DNA from: Bugula neritina
Lineage: Eukaryota > Animalia > Bryozoa
Length of the DNA: 64,000 bases
Assembly (NCBI GenBank): GCA_964035545.1
Contig: OZ037766.1
Span: forward strand, 22,928,767 to 22,992,766
Direction of reading: 5' to 3'
Position numbers and translations under genes: made by a program. Within the stretch, counting starts at the first letter, position 1, and the number at the start of each line of letters is the position of its first letter. Under the pieces are notes generated by a model. That model did no database searches. It was not told the origin of the DNA and saw only the letters and a program-made list of their open reading frames with translations. Positions 55,401 through 64,000 of this stretch are shown one piece after another.

Positions 55401-58051
55401 GAAAAGAACTGCCTTTTTAAAGTACCAAAAGTAGAACCAATTGGCTTCTAATAGCCTACGCTGTAACATATAATACACCAGCATGCTATAGATTTAACAG
55501 GATATCATACTTTGCTGTCTTTAGCTTGAGGGAGCCAGACATTAAAGAGCATTTCATATACTGAATAGAAGGCGTCGGAGAAGACCTCTACCTTTACATT
55601 GGGGTCTGGAGCCTGGTCTAAGTTCTCTACATAGTATACTATGGATTCAGCAAACTTGGCTAGAGCTGAAAGTAAAATAAGCTGTATTAACAAATGCATA
55701 CCAGGCTAGACAAACTCTGTATAGCATAGACAGGTGCAGAATAGCATAGAAAAAGTGTATAAAAACATAGACAAGTGCAGAACTAAATATAGTGTGGCAA
55801 ACTGGTTTTAATAGCATCCATATAAATAAAAAAATATTTGTCATAATGAATCCGGATTTAAACATCACTAAAAACAGCAGACAACTCACTGTATGAGAAA
55901 ACCCATCTCAAGTTCTCCTGCTTTGCCATGCCTAGCATGGGTAACATAGTTCCAAGGGCCACATTGATAAATGGCACCATATTGAAGGCTAAAACACATC
56001 AACCAATCATATAAATTTAGGCAATCATGTGAAGAGGAATGATTAATCTAGGAAGACAATTGCCCTGCAAATCATAGCAGCAATCATTAGATTTTTACCA
56101 GCAAAAACACAACTGAGTAATGTTTTGGAAACACAAAATACAAATGAGCACTAATCAGTAGTTATGAAATCTTTTATAGCATAGAGGACAAGCCAACAAG
56201 GCTGTACATAAGCACATATATATCATACCATACTTGATGCAATGTCATATCATACTCTATATCATCTCGCACACCATACTATATACGATACCATACAGTA
56301 TACACTATAGTCAACACCATAACAAATGCAGAACAATAATATAAGCTACGAGCCCTTACAAACTCTATGCAAAGTAAAATGGCCAAGTACACTTCATGTA
56401 GCACGTAAATAAACCAATAGAAATTAACAAAAAACTCACCACTAGCCACTGCTAACTTGCCCAACGTCTGAACCACAAAGAAGTGAGGAAGAACACCAGG
56501 TTGGAAGTGATGAGTCAGTTCTGCCATTACTTTGTTGGTGAACTTATGGCCGGCAGCTACCAGCAGGTTGCTAGCTGCTGTCTGCCACACAGGTACAACC
56601 TCCTGTTGTATCAAATCAACATGACTCATAGATGACTGATAGATGACTCACAACTACTCCATAATTGACTTAATTATATACATATAGAAATATGAATTAA
56701 TTAGAAAATTTTTCCAGATCTGATTCATATGTTAAAATTCCGTACATTGAATCATTGGCATGGTTTCTGTCTAAAAATCTAAAATAACTATTTTTACATT
56801 CGGCCCTCCAGAACTGAAGTTCCTAGGTCTTTTGTAACATATTGATTTGCCCTAAGTATACACACCAATTGTATCAAAGTAAAGTATCTAACTAAAGCAA
56901 TTATCATAAATTGTAAGCTAAAGAATTGACAATAAATAAGACTCCTATCAAATCTAAACATAAGTAACATACAAATATTTACAAAAAAAACACTAATTCA
57001 GATTACATACGTATCGACTCTTGGGCATATTTTTGGGTTACAAAATCTTGGTACTTTGCGAAAGATCCTTCGGACAATTTCAATGAAATCCGTGTATTTT
57101 GTCGGGATTAAAACGGGGTGGCTAAAATTTCTAAATTTTACTTTCAAGTATACCAATCATTCTTTATGCCATGATGTTAATTATTTTTAATAAAAATATT
57201 TATAAGAAAAACTTCCATTGAAATAAACAAATGAAATGTTTAAGCCACTCCTCCACAACAAATCTCACCTTGCAAGATGTCATCTCCGATACAGCTTGTT
57301 TCACTACGTGGTGGGCTATATTGTCATCAATAACATTAATATTGTCCAGAACTATCTTTTCCATAACCTGCAGTATAGCCACTCTATGATCAGTCGACAG
57401 ATCCTGAAAATATTGCAGGCTGAGCATGTAAGCAAACCCAAAGAGTTTGTAAAATTGGATAACTTTTATAAAAGTAACTTGCAATAAAAATATAAATAAC
57501 AGTATCTCTTTTGGAGCCTTTATATAAAAACTTGTGAATTGATAGCTGATTTTTATAAGCCAATGTGGCTAATATGAATATTATAAATTTGTAAACTATA
57601 ATCATTATTATTCATTGCTAAACTAATGTGTACAGCAGAATATATTGAATTACCCTCATGTTGACAACCAAGAAATGTAAGCATGAGCTCAGCACTAACT
57701 CCACATGTTTGTTACCAAGGGAATGAAGAGATTCACTGATGGCTTGTTGCACCAATTCATTCTTGTCATCAGCATTTTTTATTAAACCTTCGACAAAACC
57801 TAAAAGTATAAATAACTATTATTAGTAACTGTGATGTGGTGCTGCACAACATCAAATTGATTGACGACGCGGATGCAAAAATATCAAAGTAGGTGATAGT
57901 GATGAATGAATTGCTAAATCTAAACCTAAACTCAAACTGAAAACTTCAACATTTATTTGATTTGCATGCAGAGTAAATTTGAAATTTAAACAGACTCACT
58001 GTCCACTTTTCCACCGGTTTTGAGAACTTTGATTTCATCATCCATGGGCAT
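34448..58051 (-). CDS. MROH1: Maestro heat-like repeat family member 1 (HEATR7A)-like, multi-exon, apparently complete
   Basis: The start MPMDDEIKV at 58051 is followed by recognisable MROH1 segments: DDKNELVQQAISESL, WQTAASNLLVA, FQPGVLPHFFVVQTLGKLA, AMAHHGYLELEGG, RLCVRGLGNI, IRPCFEK, RAAAFKLFGNL, LLHLND. Terminal exons read by hand are 35238-35372 (ACKHTLRLVGPLL...LHYGEFINDLCKSL), 34762-34930 (...FKSPWPEIRSNAAIFLGFL...) and 34448-34530 (LLALLGDPDFKVRSKAAEAMSLLSNY*). Their splice phases are consistent. Confidence 0.9.
35956..35963 (+). promoter_or_regulatory. Candidate TATA box of the nested NETO-like gene
   Basis: TATAAAAA lies ~65 nt upstream of ATG 36022; a candidate AATAAA at 39816-39821 lies downstream of the stop. 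Both are weak evidence in AT-rich DNA. Confidence 0.35.
36022..39543 (+). CDS. NETO-like (neuropilin/tolloid-like) CUB-CUB-LDLa single-pass membrane protein, nested antisense in an MROH1 intron
   Basis: Exons 36022-36073, 36480-36653, 36805-37071, 37508-37528, 37908-38044, 38272-38539, 38935-39075 and 39368-39543 join in frame (1236 nt, 411 aa plus stop), all GT-AG. They encode a signal peptide (MLMYSLLLIYFSYITFT), CUB1 (CVRIIEAPVGYRVVVSF...CRDYLTFQDGLYDFSPVIKMVCG...LRVVLHTDHNVTESGFKMEY), a degenerate CUB2 (CVWDIE), a 6-Cys LDLa (CIDETFDCKTGEIECIPETLKCNNISECLSMEDERTC), a TM helix (MLGALVSLGLLIALSCIVV) and a short tail. Confidence 0.85.
37233..37335. repeat. 21-bp tandem repeat (agtactcaagtcatactgtgt), ~5 copies
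   Basis: Direct inspection. Confidence 0.8.
37645..37900. repeat. T-rich degenerate tandem repeat (ttatttattctattttatttac-like)
   Basis: Direct inspection; abuts the acceptor at 37907. Confidence 0.8.
39931..40473. repeat. 22-bp minisatellite (atagacctagatatatacactac), ~24 copies
   Basis: Direct inspection; begins within a few bases of the MROH1 donor at 40478. Confidence 0.95.
41083..41248. repeat. Degenerate (GAGT)n microsatellite
   Basis: Direct inspection. Confidence 0.85.
41584..41796. mobile_element. MITE family A copy 3
   Basis: TA|CAGTGCTCCCTCTGTATCTCAC...GTGAGATATGGAGGGAGCACTG|TA; shares ggcttatgtat and ggatccgtgagtta with copy 1. Confidence 0.85.
44183..44310. repeat. 14-bp tandem repeat (atgaatgcaggcag), ~9 copies
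   Basis: Direct inspection. Confidence 0.9.
46125..46251 (-). other. Putative U12-type (minor spliceosome) GT-AG intron in MROH1
   Basis: 5' splice site GTATCCTTT; TTCCTTAT branch-like motif ~12 nt before the AG; the join restores ...CALVKLEP... in frame. Confidence 0.75.
47922..48338. mobile_element. Foldback/MITE element, almost entirely palindromic, with 4-bp ATAA direct repeats
   Basis: GGGTCATTT...AAATGACCC termini; ~200-bp imperfect inverted arms around gattgcggaccgtta-gttgttttg-taacggtctgcaatc; ATAA at 47918-47921 and 48339-48342. Confidence 0.85.
50157..50965. repeat. 20-bp minisatellite (catgtatgtagtaatataca), ~40 copies
   Basis: Direct inspection; source of the repetitive YITTYMCILLHTC ORFs. 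Confidence 0.95.
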
Positions 58052-60980
58052 GAGTGTTGAGCCGGAGACCCGAGAGGGTATGTATCAATGATGATATATT
58101 ATAAAAACACTTGGATCTGACTCGTACTTTAAGAGTTAGGCTAATTTTCAATTTAGTTTTTGAATAAGTAAGACTAAGTGTACGACTAACAGTAACAATA
58201 ACAGTAACTCTAACTTTAAGACTTAGAGCTAACAGTTATCTATTTCTATTTCTAAATCATTCGACTGCTTCGAGTAATTATTCTCAAGACAATATTTTTA
58301 CAGTTCTAAATGCAAGTTTTAGTAACTGTAAGCTTAGGTTTAGAACAGGCATAATGATGATATCAGAAATCTAGCTCTATACATCCTGAATCCTAACTCT
58401 GTTGCATTTCTGACAGTTATAGTAATAGTTAATGTTATTATTGTGCCAGTTGAAAAAGTTAGTCAAATTTCCCAGTCACGTGAAGAGTGTTAGCGCTATT
58501 TTCAGATTTGTTTTATAGATCGTGTCGTCATTTATTTGCCTCGCACAAAGTTACTGAAGCAATGATCATGAATAAGTCAGGGTCGTTGCCTTTGTTCTAC
58601 CCGAAAACTTCAAAGTAAAACAAAACGACTGGAATCAGAGTACACCCACTGAAATAAAATATACTGTATTAAACTTCAGCAAAAACTAATTTTTGTTGTT
58701 GTAAAATTGCTTAAAGCAACACTAAGATGAGAGTCGTTGAGTGCAGTAGTTCAAGGTTCTTGAGTTTGAATTTGCAGGTTTAGCGTTGTTTTTAATGAGC
58801 CCAGATTTTGCGCTGCTTCTAGTTGTTTTTAACTTTCTTTTAATTAATAATTACTATTACTATTACTATTCCCATTAGGTTGTATTTCAGTGACTGGTGG
58901 CACTGACTCTCGGTGAGTACACCACTAAAATGAACCATCAACATGAATGTCAATATGAATATGTATGTAATACTAATACTTATACTTATAGTTATACTAT
59001 TTAGATTTGTATTCCTTCTCCGTGGAGTACATCAATTGATATTGTCTTGGGCAGACAACAGCTTGGGATTTTTTTTCGTGTAAACATTTTCAATTTGAAT
59101 TCGAATTCCTTTCTTGCCTTGTTCTCCAATTGGCAATTACTATTAATAATACTAATAGTATTAGTGTTACTATTGCTGAATTACTATTAGTATTAATATT
59201 TACTATAACTAATTTACTATCAGTATCAGTATTACCGAATGCGATAATCATTGTGATTGTCATTATGATTATGATTGTCAATATGAATATAATAATATTT
59301 AATTTGATAATCATAATCACGATCTTGAGAATTAATCATTAAATTTAATGACAATCATAGTGATGGTGATCAACTCATAATAACATTAACTGAGTTATGA
59401 GTTTGGCCACTTGGAGTTGGTCGTCACGGTGAGGTGCTTTAACTTGCAGTTTGGGTTTAACTTAAAGCTATTATTGAAGCACATAAGCTATAAACTTAAA
59501 GTGATAATCACCATGATAAAGTCATTAACATTCATATTGAATATTATTGATAGAGTTGAACTGTTTTACTTTTACTTTTTTGAGTTTAGGACAAATAAAA
59601 TAATGCTTAATAACATTAATTTTAAATTTATACATAGGCCTATAACAATATTGATAATACTAATTACTATGATTATTAACTAACATTTGATGTTGTTTGA
59701 ATAATCAATTTTGATTTAATAATTTGATTTTATGTTATTATCATAATTAATATTATAGTCATTCTTATTTTAATTTTTCCAATTTTTCAATACACTATAC
59801 TATATAATAATATAAATATCAATTTAAAATTATTAATAGTTTTGTCAATGTGAAACTGAATGTGGTCATAATTATAATAATTTATTAAAATAAAGTTTAC
59901 TAAGAATTATTTTTTGAGATTGATGCAGAGAATTAAATGTGATAGACATAGATGCAACATGAGTATCACCACCACATGTAATTTCAAGAGTATGACTGTT
60001 GCTCAAGTATTTATGAGTATGAGCAGTAGACTGAGTGGGATTATTACATTCAGTATTACTATTACAGTGAATGTGACACTAGTAGATCAGTATTAGTAAG
60101 GCTTTGGCTTTTAACTTTGATAAGTGTAATTCATGACCGTATACATTTTTTGTTCTTGATTTTTCATTTTAGTTCGATTTTAATTTCAACTTAATTTTTG
60201 AATTTTCTAGCATAAGATAATCACTCTTTAAAACTATTTTATGGCATACACTAAGAGCAATTTGTGTGTCAGTGTAGCCTCCCATTGCTGCATATAATAC
60301 AAATGAGCATTGCTTGGTTCAACCTTCAGCTCCTTCACAGTTTGAGGTTCACAGTTCAAATCCTGCCACTTGATTCTGCAATGGATCTATTCCATCTGAT
60401 ATTGCAGCATCAGAGCATGGAGGATATGTTGAACCCATCTGTACTACTTGTGCAGTACTCATTACTGTAACCTGATAGTGAATGAAAACCTACACGAATC
60501 ATCGGTTGTAAATCAAATGGTTAGGTTTAGTGGCTAGCAAAATCATGACTTAGTTTCAAATATGTATTCCCAATCTTTTAGTACCAAATTTTTTTAAAAA
60601 TTTGGTCAATCTACATTTAAATGTCTATAGTTTATGTTTTTACTGAAATTGTTCAATAATTATAATGCTTGGTTCTATATCAACCACACTTAGCATAATC
60701 TGATGAATTATCAGCAAACTAGTAAATCATTTCAATGATGGAAGTTCTCTTTTATATGACAGAGAAATATATCAACAATTGAACGAAGGTTAAGCAGTTA
60801 GCAATTATTTGCTAGAATTGAACTGTCTCAAATTTATAGTAAACTCATTGCTATACATTATGGTTACAAGTTATTTTAGTTGTAGGATTATTATATAGTA
60901 TAGTGTTTATCTTATTAAGCTAATAGTAATCTAATGCAACACTCTCTAAAATTTGATTTAATGCCGTAGTATTTTTAGAC

Positions 60981-63900
60981 ATGGCACAGCGATGGAGTCA
61001 TATCAAAAAGCTGTTGGAAAGAAACTCCCCTTTTGTTCACCCTGAATTTGAACCATCCTCTGAAACTCTTGGCATTATACAGAGCAGCATAAAGATCTTG
61101 GTTATTGGAGCTGGTGGCTTGGGTTGTGAGCTTCTTAAAGATCTGGTAATATACTATTATACGTAATTTCTTCTGCAGCACCATTATTGTTATATCTCTT
61201 CTATTTTTCTACTAATGTTGCATTTTCTCTTTTATATCTGTCTAGCTTTTTTTACTTCCCTTTTTATTGTCATTGATGAATTCTTTTTATTACTTATATC
61301 TATTGTATGTTAAACACATGTGAATATTGCTCTAGATGTTTGAAAATAAATGTTGAGTATTCAATCAGAGAAGCTAGTTAATGATGTCATTATATTTTGT
61401 TTTTAAAGTCAAATCAATCTCAAGTCAATGGTAAGTAGCTGTTATATGTTTTGCTGTTGCTTCTTTACAGTATGCAGTGTCTGTTACAGGCTTTAAGTGG
61501 TTTTACTGACCTAACTGTCATAGATATGGACACTATAGACCTTTCTAACCTCAACAGACAGTTTTTATTCAGGTATTTTTGCCACCTTTTCAACATAAAG
61601 TTGCACTGTGCTTTTATTTTTTGGTGTATATTATAAATTGTAGAAGTGTTTAATATAGTATTCTTGTATTCATCATTGCAACAGCACTAGTAGATGTGGG
61701 TGTATCAAATTGATTGTTGATCAAGTCCACATAGTTGTCTGCATACTACACAGTTTCATTTCCTATGCTTGTTTTAGAAAATGTGATGTAGGAAAGTCGA
61801 AAGCAGATATTGCAGCTGCTTTCATCAATAACAGAGTAAAAGGGTGTCATGTGAAAGCACACTGTAAGAGAATCGAAGATTTTGATGAGTCGTTTTATCA
61901 GCGTAAGTTACTCTGAGTTATATACTTACATGTACAATAGTTTTGGCAGTTTTCAGCGCCAGTTCTTTATTTGAGATGAAATTAAAAAAATGAGCAGTCG
62001 ATTCTGTTTGTAAAATATTTTGATAGCATTGGTAAGCTATACTAATTGTTTCAAATTTTTTTCTGTTCTCTTTCGTGAAAATACATCAATGTTTTAATTC
62101 TAAAAAGAAGAATTTCAAAATGTCAATACTGGCTGGTACTAACACTAACACCTTGTTTTGTGATCACATAGTTCCATTACATTTAAGCTCCACACTTTTG
62201 TTATTATCAACGTTTTTGTAGAATTTCATATCGTAGTCTGTGGTCTTGACTCTATCATAGCGCGCAGGTGGATGAATAGTATGTTGGTGAGTATTATATG
62301 ACGTATGTTTCTTTAGCTATTTATTGTCTACAATGTATTCAGTGTTTTTTCTCTATAAGATCAGTTGGTATACAAAGAGGAAAGACATTTTAGCTGTTTC
62401 TAGAAAAACTAATTTGATTCCAAGTCCAAAATTTTCCCATGAGGCCTTAACTTTCTGGATTTAAGTTCTGTCTATAAAGGTTTGACTATTTTCATATTCC
62501 CCAATATATTATTATATGTGTTGAAAGTAAATATTTTATTTTATTTTCTACATGTTACGCTTCTTTCTTCAAATTTCATTCAGTTGTTGTGAATTTCTAA
62601 TTGATTTTATAACGTTTGTATTTCATCAAGCTTTTGAATTTGCATATTTTAAAAGCCCTAATACTATCTGCAGGTAGGTTTGTTGCGCTATGATAATAAC
62701 AATGAGTTAATACCTACAAGTATGGTGCCACTCATTGATGGAGGAACTGAAGGATTTAAAGGAAATGTGAGAGTTGTCCTACCAGGGATCACAGCCTGTA
62801 TTGAGTGCACACTAGACTTATATCCACCCCAGGTATATGTTGTGTTTTGTTGTCAGGAGTTAGCATCTCTTGGATTCAAATGAGCTTGTGGTGTGAACTA
62901 CCTGGATACTTGTTGTAACTCTGTTGCAACTTTTTATGCCACTAGCAGCCTTTCTACATTATATGTTCATATTATGTACACTATCTGTAGGTGTGTGCTT
63001 GTGTGTAGGTATATGTATTCGTGTGTGCGCACTCTGCTGTATGTATATTACGTTTGTTAGATTCTGTTCAGTTACAGGATACAATTATTCTACTTTTACC
63101 ATTCAATCCCTTATTGTTTACATTCACTTTGTGCTAATTATGTCTACTACTTATTGAAGGTGAATTTTCCTATGTGTACGATTGCACACACGCCTAGACT
63201 TCCTGAACACTGCGTAGAGTATGTAAAGTTGTTACTGTGGCCGCAAGAGAAACCTTTTGGCCTGGAGGTAAATATAGATGGTGATGATCCTCGCCACATT
63301 CAGTGGATTCTGGAGAAGGCACAGGAGAGAGCGGCAGAGTTCAACATTTCCGGCGTCTCGTACCGGTTAACTCAGGGTGTGGTGAAGAGAATTATACCTG
63401 CTGTTGCCTCCACTAATGCTGTCATAGCGGCAGCGTGTGTCACGGAGGTGTTTAAGCTAGCCACGAGGTGAATGTCAGCAGACTTTACTAACCTGCAACA
63501 TTGAATATATAAATGGTTAAAAATGATACTGTGTTACTGTTGAATAAAAACACATATGCAAAATGACACTGTTTTACTTTATTTATAGCTGCAGAATGCA
63601 TTTAAACAACTACATGAATTTCAACGACATTGAAGGAGTGTACACGTATTCATTTGAGGCAGAACGTAAAGCTGACTGTCTTATCTGCTCCAAGGATTCT
63701 CTTTCAACTAAAACCTTAGAATTTAATGAACAAAGTCTGCTTGATGATGTCATCAATCATCTCATGAATAGCCCCAATTAGTAAGTATTGTCCTCCTTCG
63801 TCAGGTTAGTGCAGGTGCTCTTTAGCCTAGTAACTAAGTGTTAATCAGTATTCTATTGTCTGCAGTCAGATGAAGTCTCCTGGTCTCAGTGCTATGGTGA

Positions 63901-63984
63901 ATGGCCAGAACAAGACTCTGTATATACAATCAGTACAGTCGCTAAAAGAGGCTACTAAACCTAATCTCAAGAAAACGCTGACAG
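60981..63984 (+). CDS. UBA3: NEDD8-activating enzyme E1 catalytic subunit (partial; continues past right edge)
   Basis: Motifs include [70 protein letters not shown], the catalytic-Cys segment [17 protein letters not shown], and [15 protein letters not shown] splice acceptor just before ATG 60981 means an upstream exon may exist. Confidence 0.95.
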
Positions 63985-64000
63985 GTAATGTAGCTTGAGA

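Noticed and set aside
59090-59683. Ile/Thr/Asn-rich hydrophobic small ORFs on both strands
   Set aside because: They are a by-product of hexamer-periodic low-complexity DNA, with no splice or homology support.
60981-64000. Functional Hedgehog cluster linking UBA3 (cullin neddylation and Gli turnover) with EVC/EVC2
   Set aside because: UBA3 is a general housekeeping gene and proximity alone is not evidence; no synteny data are available.

Overview
AT-rich, intron-rich animal (invertebrate-like) genomic DNA, not prokaryotic; most track ORFs are single exons or spurious. Five spliced genes were reconstructed by hand. (1) An EVC2/limbin-like gene on the - strand starts at 21414 and runs off the left edge; it has an unusually long (~700 aa) predicted ectodomain. 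(2) An EVC-like gene on the + strand (23511-32875) lies head-to-head with it, and the shared interval contains RFX X-box-like motifs. (3) An MROH1-like HEAT-repeat gene lies on the - strand (58051-34448); its last three exons are missed by the ORF track. (4) A complete 8-exon NETO-like gene (signal peptide-CUB-CUB-LDLa-TM, ~411 aa, + strand, 36022-39543) is nested antisense inside one 5.1-kb MROH1 intron. (5) UBA3 (+ strand) starts at 60981 and runs off the right edge, divergent from MROH1. Introns carry a three-copy TA-flanked MITE family, a ~417-bp foldback element, tRNA-derived SINE-like copies, several minisatellites and a perfect 74-bp palindrome. One MROH1 intron looks U12-type. Gene identities rest on recalled family features, not database searches.
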